Positions 51,829-64,000 of a stretch of 64,000 bases of DNA are shown in pieces. The stretch is from positions 1 through 64,000 of the forward strand of contig JAVECL010000065.1 of the NCBI GenBank assembly GCA_051942245.1, given 5' to 3'. The notes under the pieces are model-generated. The model did no database searches. It saw nothing but the letters and a program-made list of their open reading frames with translations, and had not been told where the DNA came from. This stretch comes from Trypethelium eluteriae (lineage: Eukaryota). Numbering within the stretch: position 1 is the first letter of the stretch; the number at the start of each line of letters is the position of its first letter. Both the position numbers and the translations under genes were made by a program.

Positions 51829-53837
51829 TTGGATAAATTTACCAGCCCCCAGGAGATATAAAATACTTCGGCGCTAAAGCCGGTAGAATTGACAAGCGAA
51901 TGTCAATCGGAATGAACAAATGAATCTGGCAGTGGGTATAGGGTAAGATATAGGGATGAGTAAATGATGGAGGCGTAAGGTTGAGAAGCGTTAATGTTTT
52001 GGGAGTGTGGCAACTGGAATGGTGCGTGGACCGAGAGCTAGGTATGTACCTATGCACGAGACGTTATGTTATCGGGAATGGCTGGATACTAGCTGCGCGC
52101 CGTGCCTTACTCCAGCTTCCGAGGCCTTCATAGGACAATATAGACGTTGTCGATCTCCAGGATGCTGGTGTGCGTCACAGCCGTTTTCACAGCTTTTGGA
52201 GTCGCGAGCACGACTTAATGTCTTTTTCAGCTACCACGAAAACTTTTTAGAAAAATAAGACATTGATCCGACCAACCTTGTTGGCATCTTCTCAGCAGCA
52301 AGACTCTGACTCTCCTTACTCGCAGATACAGGTTGGCTCTAATGAAGGCGGTGTTTGGTGTGGACCGCGACGTGTGGGCCCAGCACAGCAAACGCACTCA
52401 AGGTTGCTAGGGTAAGTCCATGCTTCCTGGTCCAATTGTTTCGCCATCATATTTCTCCATGCATGTGCCTGAGCAGGGTGTCCAATCCAAAGCACTTGGG
52501 AGCAGTTCGCCGAGCGACACCCTGGTTCGTCGCGCCAAGTCTGCCCATCTCAACGTCGGGGATGTCCTTGAAGTCAATGAAGGCATTCCGCCGCTGACGA
52601 TATCGGGCATAGGATAGGATCACCTGGTCCTGCCGATTTTATCGAATAGTAAAGTCGGACTTCTCCATTCATTCACGACGTAAGTGGTGTCTGGAGGATC
52701 TCACAGTGCCGATAGGTCTTATTGACACTACGCGGAGACTCCGTAGTTGTGTGAACGATAGATGGCTTCGGATTTGACCTTCTCCTGTTAGCCCTTCTGA
52801 GCTTCTCCGTCCAGGCGCTGCACTAGTAAACAAGTTTTGGTCGTGTGGGGGGCGATGCAGGGGATGATGAGCTGCAGGCGATTGGCTTGCGGGTGGCTGG
52901 GCGCTTGCCCGAATGGCTCAAACTGCACGTCAACCGGCTCTTAATTTTACCACTCGGCATATCGCGATGGAAAGATCAAGGGTGTCCTACGGAATTGTGC
53001 TGTACCGACTATTCTCCTTGCTTAGAATCGCTGAAAGGTACTCTCTAATCTCGGTTGATAGCAGTAAAGGGGCCATTGCGTGGGAAGATCGTTGAATCCC
53101 GACTTGAAATTGTGTAGCTTGAAATTGGATGACAGTAGTATGAAACACTCATTATCGTTCCAGGAGGGTGGCTGTGGCGCAGAAAATGCGTGCTATTTGT
53201 GGTATTACTTCGTACACACTAGGAAATTGGTCTGCCACTACTTACCTCATCACCTATCTACACACCCAATTTATCACTAGACAAATGTGTAGAAAGTGAA
53301 ATCTGTAGATTGAAGTGTGTAGAATCTAAGAGGAGGAGGAGCCTCAGAGAAGGACTATGTAGGTCTACACTAGTACAAATAAGGTAATAGATACCCATGG
53401 TACGCACCTCCCCATATGGTCTCGGAGACCGCTTCCCACAACAAAATGGACAGAACGGCGCCCAGCTATTCAAAACAGCGCCTCAACAGCAGCAAGCGGA
53501 CATATCTCATAGTCACCTGTAATATTCATGTTCAGTAGGATTGAGCCTCTTGCAGGGAGAGAAAGCAGTTGCTGGAATTGAGGAAGCAACGCTCCTGAGA
53601 CCATGAACAACGTCAAAAGCTTTATCGGACGGACGCTGCACAACAGGAGTTCGATTCACCAGATTCAGGATGGAAAGACACGCTCACCAGGTCTGTACTA
53701 GGTAGATCTATGACTGATCATCTATCTACTTTGGGATATCTCATGCAATGCTACATCAAGACAATGCCGATTCCGGTCTGAAAGCTCACTCCTAGCGCTA
53801 TGCACCGTCAACACCAGCGGAAAGGTAACTATTCGCC

Positions 53838-56800
53838 TCACGCGACCTCAGAAATGTTATGCCTTTTAATTCTGTTTCTCTCGTTTGGATCGTCACCAAC
53901 TCTCCAGTAATAATCCGTAAAGTCGGGGCACTGCATCTCTTTTAGGAACTCCACATCGTGGGTAATCACAATAAGCTGGAAATTGCTCTGCTGACGCCGG
54001 ACGCGAATGAGTTCAGCCAGACTCCCAGCTAACGCCCTGATGTTACTACGGTCCAAGTTCGTGGTCGGCTCATCAAGTGCGATCAGTCCGCAGTTCACAC
54101 CAAAGCATTCTGCTAGCGCCAGACGAATGATGATGGACGCGAGTACCTTTTGTCCGGCTGAGCAACGGCCCCGCATGTCCATCTCGGCATCTTGTTTGAC
54201 CATGCAGACACGGTAATTGTAGCTCTTGTTACCCCTGCCACTCTCATTATCGCTGCGGATCAAGATAGTGTCGACATCGTCGCCCTGGTAGGTTCGACGC
54301 CAGAGCTCTTCAATGATTCGGTTGATTTCTTCCATTTTCAGGCTGTGATATTTCATGATGGCTTTATCGAGTGCAGAAGAATATCGACCAAGGTCTTCAA
54401 CCGCGGCTTTGGTGGTTTCCACTTTGATATGAGCTTCTTTGTACTTATACCCAGCGTCTTGGTAGTCCGTCTCCCAGTCTTGTAGAAGCTGCTTGAGTTG
54501 GTCATCTTTGGATTTGAGTTGACCAACGATGGTCGCTTGCTCTGCTGCGAGACGGTTGCGCTCCATCTGCCATTCGCTGCCCTCACGCTCGTAACGCTTC
54601 TTGTCTGCAACTGCATTCGTGCTATCAAGCTCTTCAATCTGTGCACATAAGCTCTCGAGGGCCTGCTTGTCCTGACGGAAAGTGAGGTTGTCGTTGATCC
54701 CACGCTTCGTATCATCCGTATTGCGTAGTTGGTCGTCAAGACTCTTGACCTGAACGGTGATGTCTCGTTGCTCTTGTTCTTGGCGGGAAAGCTCTTCAGT
54801 GATGCTCTCCATTTCGCGGACTGCGCGAGATAATTGTTGTTGGCCACCTCGGCTGACGTATTGCTCGATCTCTGAGTTGGCGGTGCGCAATTGGTTGACG
54901 CTGTCAGAAAGGCGTGAAGCCTCTTGGCGAAGGACGCGTTCCCGCTCGTCACCCCGTTGACTGATGTCGTCGTACTTGGCCTGCGCCTGCTCAATCTGGG
55001 GAGCAAGCTGTTGGAGTTGCTCGTCCGCATTGCTTCGAGACTCGCGCTGCTGGCTGCTTAGCAATTTTAGCTCGTCAATTTGTCCACCCAGGCTGCTCTT
55101 CTCCTTGAGTTGATACACGGCATCGCTGATCTTTGCCCGAACGTCCCTCGCTTCAATCTCAAGACTGGTGATTTGCGAGCGACTTCGCTCTTTATCAGCA
55201 CTCAATTTGGTTACAGATGATCTTGCAGTTCGCGCTTGCTCATTGACCTGAGTTATTTCATCTTTAATTTGCTCAAGCCCTCTGGACAAACCTGCCTCCT
55301 TCTGTTTTGAAGCAAGCTCTTTCATCTGAGATTCAAAATGAGTGATCTCGCCAAGGTATTTGGCAATATTCTGGACCGTACGAGACAGAGACTCTACATC
55401 ACGCTTTGCTTCTTGCCGATCACTGACGGTTTGATCCTGCTCCTCGACTTTGCGGACTAAGCCATTCCGGCGAGAGTCCAGTTGTTGCACCTCGGACTCT
55501 AATTCCGGGATATCCGACTCGCAGAGTCGCTTCCAGGTCTGGTAGTTTGGATAGGCGTTTCGAGCAGTTTTCAAGTCATTCTCCGTTCCTTCGAGCTCCT
55601 CCTTTATGCCTTCCAAAGCCGCGACTGTCATTTTCGCTTGGATATTCTTGCGAAATTTATCGACATCAGATGTCTTGGATGCGCCAGAGAATTTTCGCGA
55701 GCAAAGACGGCATTCGTTGTGTGTCTCTTGGTAATTCAGCGCCTTCTCGTAGAACTCTCGCATGTATGTATAGCCATCGGCATCTCTCTTTAAGACTTCA
55801 CGATCACTCTCAACCTTGCTAACATACTCCAAGTATTCGGAGGGTTCTTCTCCTGTGGCGTCTTGAATAACCTGCTCACTCGACTTCTTCTCTTCAACTT
55901 TTCTCTTCAGGCTATTACGAGCACCCGTCAATCTGAAGTCAACCTGTTCTAGCTCTTTGGACGTGCCGTCCCGCTGAGATTCGCTGTCTTTTAGATCATT
56001 AGATTTCTGCTGTACGACATTTTGAAATTCTTGTTCAAGGCGAGATGGCTGCCAACTCGAACCCACAATATCTGCAATACGATTACCGTGAGCGGCTACC
56101 ATGGTATCCAAGCTCTTCTGCCGGTCTTTGAGCTCCTTGCTTAGGTAATCCAGTCGAGCAGACTCGCTGGCCTGCTTTGTGCCTTGGATGAGTTCCGCAT
56201 CGAGCCTTTCCTTGGCATCGTCGAAAGATCGAAGTTTCGCGTCATTGCTGCCAATCTGCTCGTCCCACGCAGCCCCTGCAAAATCGTCTTTGGCTTTTCT
56301 CAGAAGTTTCTCTACGTCTTGGATGCTGGACTCTAGAACAACCTTACCGCCTTCATCGACTTCGATTTTATCTAGCTGAGATTGCAAGCCAGAGATCTTG
56401 CGATCGTTGGCTGCAATCTGGATTCTGGCGTTTTCTCTGCTCTGGTTCAGAGCAGACTTCTGTTCGTTATGTCGGCTAAGCGTGGCCTGGGCTTTCTGAA
56501 GTTCCTCTTGGGTTTCTCGCCGAGCGCGTTCGAGGGCCCCGTTTTGGTCGCGAGTCATTTTGTTGATACGCTCCATGAAGTCTTTGATCTGGCTGTCAGT
56601 AACATCGAGATCGAAACCTCGAATATTGTGACGATGAGCAGTTTCTTTGATCAGATTCTCTCGGTTTTCGACTTGGCGTTCAAATTGCTGCTTCCGTGCT
56701 TCGTGGGTCCCGATTTCCTTCTGCTTTTCGCCTTGGTGCTTCCGCTGAGTCTCGATCTCTTTTAGCAACTCGCTGTAATGTTGGGTCTTCGTTTGGCGAT

Positions 56801-57870
56801 CGTCTTGCAGCGTCCGCACTCTCTCCTCGTATTGCTCAAGCATGTCTTGTAGTTCTTCATCCGTATGGTCAAGCTGCTTCAGGTTGCGCTGCAAACGATT
56901 CACGTTGTCGCGTTTAGCGCGCTCTTCGATGCGCTTGCCTTCAAGCTCCGCAACAGTCTTCTCAAATTGAGCAGCACGGGTCCATGCTCCCTCCGATTTG
57001 ACTGTTGCCTCCTTGACACGATCGCCCAAATCGTGAGCTTGAGTGCGGAGCACTTGCATTTCCTGGTCTAATTCTTCCGAACGCTTCTCTGCCCGTTCGC
57101 CCTTGACTTTATCCTCTTTTGCTTGCTGTTCAATAATCTTATATTTTGCAAGTTCCTCATTGTAGTTCTTCCGTAGGACTTTGATATTATCGATTGCTAG
57201 GGTGTACTTTGACGCTTCGAAGATATCGTCGAAGCGTTGCTTGAGATGAATAGGCTCACTCATGGGCCACAGACTGTCGTCTTGGTGACAGAAGATCACT
57301 GAATCCAGTATGGCTCTAGAGGCGCCAATGTATCGCGGCATGACGGCGTCAAGCTCCACAGCACGTGAAGAGATGACGGTTCGCTCCCCATCTCTGGACG
57401 TAAGCAGAGTGCCATCCAATTTTTTCTGGTTCCGTGCGGTCTTTTTCACGGTGAGCTGGAGACTTCGTGTCACTACCATTCGAGCTCCATTGGTCCCTCT
57501 AAAAGATAGCTTCACCTGAGCAAGCACTTCTCTCTGGTGACAGAGGTCCGGGTCATGAATGAAGGCGCCACCGGTCTTGCTTTTGGCTGGCAAATCTCCT
57601 ATGGTTGCATACTTGAGGCACTCAATGATCGTAGTCTTACCAGCCCCATTATATCCTACAATGAGGGTGAGTGGACTGTAGAACTGGATAATTGATTCGA
57701 CTTCGGGGTCGAACGAGCGGACTCCTCTGATTGATAGCTTATCTATCTTCGCTACGTAGCATCAGTCAGATGTCGCGTACTTTGAGTGAAAGTAGACGAG
57801 CAGAACTTACACCTATTCAATATCAGCCATCGAAGTCAGGTCACGTATTCATCTAAGGTAATACTTACAT
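53838..57870 (-). CDS. RAD50: DNA repair protein Rad50
   Basis: Motifs MSKIDKLSIRGVRSFD, Walker A GYNGAGKTT, FCHQDDSLWP, zinc hook CRLC, signature MRGRCSAGQK, Walker B IALDEPTTNLD and VITHD. The start codon is split across two introns (57813-57868 and 57752-57810). Confidence 0.96.
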
Positions 57871-58293
57871 CTTGGCAACCTTGTAACATTCAGTGGTATG
57901 ACTGAGTTCGGGCAAAAAATCCTCAGAAGCTGCCAGACCAAAGGCGTGGAGGAAAGGGTATTTATGCTATCGTAGCGAAGGTGAAGCATGGTTAGGTAGG
58001 TAGTAGTGAGAGGAAGCCGTGGAAGCCTGGAGATTCGCGGTGATGTAAAACCTAGTCGTGCCACTCATCCACAGGTATCAACGTCGACGCGAATTCACGT
58101 GATATCCATTTAGGTCTGACCAATCAAGGTAAGAGTTGTAGGAGCCGGGTAGGCCAACATTGAAGAGCGATCACCACCACTCGCGATATCGATGCAGGCC
58201 TTACCATACCTTCTGATTCGCTCTTTGCCTTGCCCACCTCTCACGTTCGCTTGGTAGACTCACGCATGTGGTGTCACGCCACACCGGGCTTCG

Positions 58294-59979
58294 ATGTCCT
58301 CGTACCAAAATGGAGGAACGTTGCCATCCGAGGTGCGTAGCAGTCGGATCGGACCAAGTGAATGACTGACGTCTCCCACAGATGGATAATGTGGACACCA
58401 TGTCCGGCATGCTGGAGCAAGATCCCAACATGCTCAATGGACTCAATATGGGCGACATGATGGCCATGGACCTTGACTTCTCTCTTCCACCGGGAGCTGA
58501 CGCTACGTCCTTTCCTCCAGCTACATCACAACAAACGCAACCCTCCATAGAGCCTAGTGAAGCAGCATATGGACTACAACAACAAGACAGTGGAGCCATG
58601 AATGCGGCAGGCGCAGGCCCGTTGCCTACCGGATTTGGCATCCAGCCAAACCAATCAAGTGGGAGCACCTTAACAGAATTCACAAAACGGAGGAACTGGT
58701 CACAACGTGTACTCGAAGAGCTCAAAGATTTCCTCCATATTCTTACACCAGACGGGCGCATTCTCTATGTCTCACCTTCCTGCAAATTCCTGACTGGCCA
58801 TGATCCTTCACAAATTCAAGGCAAATTCATTGGTGAGTTCATACATCCAGATGATAGCGGTATTTTCGTGCGGGAATTCAACGAGTCAATCGCTTCTGGC
58901 AATCCTCTTCGCTTCTTCTATCGCTTTCGCAAAGCAGACGACACGTACACCATCTTTGAGTCCCACGGCCATCCACATCTCTCCTCCGAAGCCATCCAGT
59001 TCGGCCCCAGCCCTAACAGCGCTGGGTTCTGTCGCGGTTTCTTTCTCATGGCCCGTCCCTACCCAACCAAGAACGCCGCTCTCCTAGACTCCTTCCTCGA
59101 ACACAAGATCGAAAATGAGCGCCTCACAAAGCGCATCTCCGAACTCAAACGCGAGGAAGCCGAAGAGACAGAAGCACAAGAACGGTATTGGAAGCAGCGA
59201 ACTGAAGGTCAACAATCTTCCATGACCCCCTCAGAAAGTCCTGTCGATGGAACACTCCGTTTAGGCAGTGTGGAGAATGGCCAGAACCCCGTCACGTTGG
59301 GTGATGGGACCAACCAATCTTCAGTCACACCTTCGGCAAGCGCCTATGGAGGCATGCCTCCACCTGCAAAGCCCGGCGCTGCGTCCAATGCGCTGACGCG
59401 ACAGAACCTGGACGAGGCGTTGGCTGCAAGTAAACCTGATAGCATCAATGACAAAATGGCTCGGTATGAAGGTGCAACGCACATCGAGACCATTGAGATG
59501 CTGACGGGACTGCGGTACCGGGACGGTGAACGGTCACAAGGTATTTCGACGGGTGATACATCGCCAGCACTGATCAAAGGCGATGCTGGCATTGTAATCT
59601 TGGCCGATAGGGACAAAGGTAATGGAATAGGTGCAGGGGAGAAGAAAAAGAAGGTCAAGGTTACGGATGAGTATGTCTGTACTGACTGCGGGACACTCGA
59701 CAGTCCGGAGTGGAGAAAAGGACCGGCAGGGCCGAAGACATTGTGCAATGCTTGTGGATGTGAGTCTTTCCCGAATTTGCTCTCTTCTTGCATCCAAACC
59801 TCTTTGCCTGGTTGAGCATCAATTGAGAATATCCATGCTGATTGACATATCCAGTACGATGGGCAAAGAAAGAAAAGAAACGCCAAGGCGTGCCGGCGGG
59901 ACCCCAAGGAGGAACTCCCGGACACCAAGGCCTCCCTGCATCCCTTCCTGTAGGCCAGAGTACGGGAAGTAGCGGGTGA
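58294..59979 (+). CDS. wc-2: White collar-2 / LreB (PAS + GATA zinc finger) light-response transcription factor
   Basis: Motifs [15 protein letters not shown] ([36 protein letters not shown]), [25 protein letters not shown] and GATA finger [32 protein letters not shown]. Introns 58333-58381 and ~59760-59854. Confidence 0.95.
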
Positions 59980-60663
59980 TTACGATATAGGATGATTCAA
60001 TCGACATCTCAAACGACGGTAAAGGCGTTTAGGAGTAACTATGGGCAAACAAGGAAGCTCGCTGGCTTCGAGATTTCTAGATATGTAAGATCTTTGGAGA
60101 TACGGTGAGAATCTGTCTATTTGGAAAGACAACTAGCTACGAATGTCTTGGGCTGCATAGTCAAAGGGGGATTATGATTTCTCGAGAGGAACGCACTATA
60201 CCTTTCGTGTTTGGATCATTGCTGCAAGCTCAGAGCCGTATCGGCCCTAAATACATGGTTTTGTTTATTTTATGAGCCATTTTCCAAACCCAACAAAAGA
60301 AGATAGCTTGCATAGCCAATTTTCTTGCCGCCATTCGCGTTCCTGTTGAGCATGTTTCTTCGGTAACAAGGAAGCAATCGAAATTTCAGCTTCCTTCATA
60401 TTCGGGAGGTACTGCAGCGAGACTCGAAAGAGATTTTGCGCCGAAACCAATAGGGCTTGGTGAGATTGGAGCTAGTGGATAGTTCAAAATCTCACCGTAG
60501 ATTGCCCCGTTCATGCAGGATACAAACAGGATGACGGCACTTCTCAACTTACGTTCTCCTACTAAACTGCTAGAACTGGGACCCATTTGGTCAGTAAATC
60601 TCACTGCAGCGCGGTTATGAGTTTTCCCAGCTCTACAAAAGCCGGGAGCCTTCAATGAGAGTC

Positions 60664-62508
60664 TTAGTAGTCGAGGCGAACTTTCCTACCAGACAACAAT
60701 TTGTCTTGTGATCGATGATCGACTTGAATGCCCTGCTTAGCTGCCCAATCTACAGCATCTGAGCTCAAGTTCGTACACTGGTTGACTGCGAGATACTCAA
60801 GTGACTTCAGCCCCTGCACAAGCGTCTTTATTCCGACTCCTGTGATTAGCGTATGTGAGAGATCGAGACGGCGGAGAAGCGGAAATTTCCCTGTGAGCAT
60901 ATTAACATGGTGGGTCACTCATCATCGATTGACCTTGTATCATACCAGTGACAAAAATTGTCAGATCATCATCGAAGTCTGAATGCGATAAGTTCAGCTC
61001 TCTCAACTCCTCCCCAAGCCGACTGCTATTCAAAACTTTTGACAACTCTTTAGCAGTGTAACATGAGTTGTTCATTGTCAATTTTTGAAGCTGGCGGCCC
61101 CCAGCAATATTGCGAAGGAACGTGTGAACATGGTCGGTGTCACTCCATTGCAATTCAGTCAGTAACGGGAGTGGAGGTGAGCCGTTCGTATTGGTGTTCA
61201 GACTAGGATTGACAGACCCCCCATTGTTGGCACGTAGAACTGTGAGCGAAGGAGGAAGGTCATCCAAAGTGACAGCCATGCGAAAGTCGAGGAGATCCAG
61301 CGATTTTAGCTTGTGCAAAGATGCGAATGAAATGAACCCGAACGCCGTATGCATGCTCCACTTGTTGAGGGTCAGCGTTTCGATATTAGTGATGCGAGTC
61401 ATCAAGGTGCTCATGTTCAAGACAGATGCACCCAAAACTTGTGGTTGGCCGCCGACCATCTTTAGCTGCCTCAAATTGGGTAGTGGAATTTTCCAGTCTG
61501 CCTGCCACCCTCGCGAGACAACAAACTCGAATTCTGCCTTTGAAAGTGATGTGCAGCTGTTGAGGATGCCACATACGGTGTCGAGTGTGACTTCGGCGCC
61601 CTTGCCTATGACAAGGTTTTTGACAGTCAGAGCATTCAGCGACATGAGCGATGTCGAAGAGCCCCCTAAGCTAGCGCTGCTGAGAATTTCGAGTGTGTCC
61701 AGATTGCGACAAATCCTGCTAATCATCTCCATCGCTTTTAAATCCCGATCACCCAAACGATGGAGAGTAGCATGGGTTAGCCGCGTTTTTGACCTTTGTA
61801 AGGAGTGAGACACGAAACTGATGGGGACATGTCGCTTCGCTCTTGAGAGGTCTAAATGAGTCCAGAGATATGGCCTCGACACTAAAAACGCGTTCCAGGG
61901 TCTGGAGACCCTCAGACAGCGGACAATCTGCTCGAAACGTAGATGGTGGAGAATCATTTCGGCAACTTCCACGTGGAGGAGGGTAAAAGGATCGTGAGCT
62001 TTGGGGGGAGAAAGTTGACGAGAAAGCTTGCCATGGACAGAGGATAGTAATTTGTAGTCATCGGAGTTGCTGATGGATACCTTTCCCAGGCCGTAGCTGT
62101 AGATTTTAAGTGCCATTTCTGGATCGTCCATCTTCTGGAGGACTCTACCAGCCCGTAGGTAACCCTATGAAAGGAAAGATAACTTCAGGAACCGGCCTTA
62201 GAGGAGTGGGAAAATTTCCAATACTTACTGTTATATCCTTTCTGTGGCGTCGAATCGTGGTTTGCGCATCGCGTAGCGCGCTCTGCAATTCACCAAGCCT
62301 TTCGTATGTTGCGGCTCGATTATCGAATAGACTTGCCTTCGGCATAGGACATCTTGTAATGGCCTGAACATCATTAGAAAAGGCCAGATATTGAGCTTGG
62401 AGAATAAAGAACAACCTTTGTAAACGCGTCAAGAGCCTCTGCATATTGTGCGTCGCGGTAGAGCTTTTTGCCGCGCTGCTGTAGAGTATCTACATCTTGG
62501 CTAGCCAT
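60664..62508 (-). CDS. TPR + F-box + LRR protein (Pof3/Dia2-like)
   Basis: N-terminal TPR (QRGKKLYRDAQYAEALDAF; LFDNRAATYERLG), F-box (DPFTLLHVEVAEMIL..CLRVSRPW) and LRRs (LRRLDLSHTLITGVGIK). Three introns. Confidence 0.85.
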
Positions 62509-62702
62509 AGCGTTGCCGAAAAAGATGTCAATTAGCTAATTTCAGAAGCTCTGTTGGATATTGCCTTGTCTGAGATTGAAGTTGTTTTTACATTGCGCTG
62601 TTCCTATACGTTCGAGGCAACGCGCAGCGCGTGTAGTGTGCGAGACCCTGTCACACCTCAACAACCTACAGACCTGAAGCTCTGTCAACCTTTCCGCACG
62701 CC

Positions 62703-64000
62703 ATGACAAGCATCGACGAATTGTTCAAGAGCTCCGGAAGTTCCACCGCCTCCAAACGCAAATTTGACAGTTCAGGCGATCCACAGCAGCTCTACAAATC
62801 CTCAAGAGTAAAGCCTAATGGTGATACTAATGGAGAGCTCCACGCAACCGTCGAGGAGGGAGACGATGAAGAATACGGTGTAGCTCGACCGCCAGAAGAT
62901 GATGAGCCGGAACCAGAAGACGATGAGGAGGGAAGGTTCTTCGGCGGAGGCGTCAATAAAGAGTCGAAGGAAGCCTTAGACTACTTGGATGAGTACGATC
63001 AAGAGTCCTACGTTCCCGAGAAGATTGACAAGGCATGGGTGCGAAAGCTGGGTCTGAACTTCGAGAAGAGAATATCTAAAAATGCAGAGCTGCGGTCGAA
63101 GTTCGAAGATGATCCTCAGAAATTCATGGGTTCAGAAGCAGATCTGGATGCATCTGTGAAGGCTCTATCAATTCTGTCAGAACACCCCGAGCTATACGAG
63201 GAGTTTGCAAAATTAGGTTGCGTAAATTCTCTGGTATCTTTGCTCTCCCACGAAAATACAGATATCGCAATCGACGCAATCGAAATAATTTCGGAGCTCA
63301 CAGATGAAGACGTCCAAGCGGAGCAGACACAATGGGATGCAGTGGTCAACGCTATGCTGGACGCAGACCTCCTCAGTCTACTCATTTCCAACTTCTCACG
63401 TTTCGATGAGGCCAACGAAGCCGACCGAAGCGGCGTCTACCACTCGCTCAGCGTCCTCGAAAACCTTGCTTCCAATTCCGCATTAGCAACCCAGATCGGC
63501 ACCAAAACCTCCATCCTCCAACTCCTCCTCTCGCGGCTCTCCTCAACACCCTCCCCGACCATAACTCAAAACACCCAATATACCGCCGAGCTCCTCGCCA
63601 TCCTCCTCCAAACATCCCCAGACAACCGCACCGCCTTCCTCACAAACCTGCAAGCCCCCACCAACGGCATCGACACCCTCCTCCAACTCCTCGCGCCCTA
63701 CCGCCGCCAGGACCCACCAAAGGACTCCGACGAAGAAGAATACGTCTCGAACCTCTTCGACGCCCTAACCTGCCTCCTCGACTCCCCACTCGCAAAACCC
63801 CTCTTCCTCGACGCCGAGGGCATCGAGCTCCTGCTCATCATGCTGCGTGACGCGCCGCGGCCCACCCGCTCCCGCGCCCTGCGCCTGCTCGACCACGCGC
63901 TGGGGGGCGCGCCGGCCGCTGCGACGCCGGTGTGCGAGCGGCTGGTTGGGGCGGCGGGGCTGAAGACGGTGTTTGGGGTGTTTATGAAGCAGCAGCGGAA
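62703..64000 (+). CDS. CTNNBL1: Beta-catenin-like protein 1 (CTNNBL1/DUF1716), runs off the right edge
   Basis: Motifs MTSIDELFK, DDEEGRFFGGG, FEKRISKNAELRSKFEDDPQKFMGSEADLD, LLSHENTDIAIDAIEII and EEEYVSNLFD. The ORF is open to the window end. Confidence 0.9.
   Translation, partial: MTSIDELFKSSGSSTASKRKFDSSGDPQQLYKSSRVKPNGDTNGELHATVEEGDDEEYGVARPPEDDEPEPEDDEEGRFFGGGVNKESKEALDYLDEYDQESYVPEKIDKAWVRKLGLNFEKRISKNAELRSKFEDDPQKFMGSEADLDASVKALSILSEHPELYEEFAKLGCVNSLVSLLSHENTDIAIDAIEIISELTDEDVQAEQTQWDAVVNAMLDADLLSLLISNFSRFDEANEADRSGVYHSLSVLENLASNSALATQIGTKTSILQLLLSRLSSTPSPTITQNTQYTAELLAILLQTSPDNRTAFLTNLQAPTNGIDTLLQLLAPYRRQDPPKDSDEEEYVSNLFDALTCLLDSPLAKPLFLDAEGIELLLIMLRDAPRPTRSRALRLLDHALGGAPAAATPVCERLVGAAGLKTVFGVFMKQQR

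Noticed and set aside
57813..57830. ATG at 57830 as the RAD50 start
   Set aside because: It reads MADIE then TAG, and lies within the predicted first intron.
60664..62508. F-box/LRR gene as a borosin cluster member (OphE analogue)
   Set aside because: It is 43 kb away and has the TPR-F-box-LRR layout of housekeeping Pof3/Dia2, among other conserved genes.

Overview
Fungal (filamentous ascomycete, Pezizomycotina-type) genomic DNA with short GT-AG introns and about 20 protein-coding loci. Housekeeping genes include Dsk2/Dph1, cysteinyl-tRNA synthetase, Stb2/Stb6, Rmd5/Gid2, Gcn5, Rad50, White collar-2, a Pof3/Dia2-like F-box protein and CTNNBL1. They are interleaved with accessory genes: GH31, GH5, DUF4185-like, O-methyltransferase, aquaporin and MFS. 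The standout is an intronless 855-aa borosin (OphMA-type autocatalytic alpha-N-methyltransferase RiPP precursor) at 15093-17660. It has a very long clasp containing a tandem-duplicated beta-rich domain, a hydrophobic helix and a (DA)12(EADADA)6[15 protein letters not shown] acidic putative core, and no protease or tailoring cluster is visible. Also notable: a spliced chimeric transcription factor (homeodomain + Zn2Cys6 + DUF3295-like segment + C2H2); a predicted 2-nt microexon that completes the RAD50 start codon; a 5-exon RlpA/expansin-like secreted protein missed by the ORF track; an orphan with SAP-like repeats and a pseudo-OTU domain; a pseudogene; a MITE-like inverted repeat; and a diverged direct repeat. 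All family assignments come from motif recognition by eye. No database search was run.
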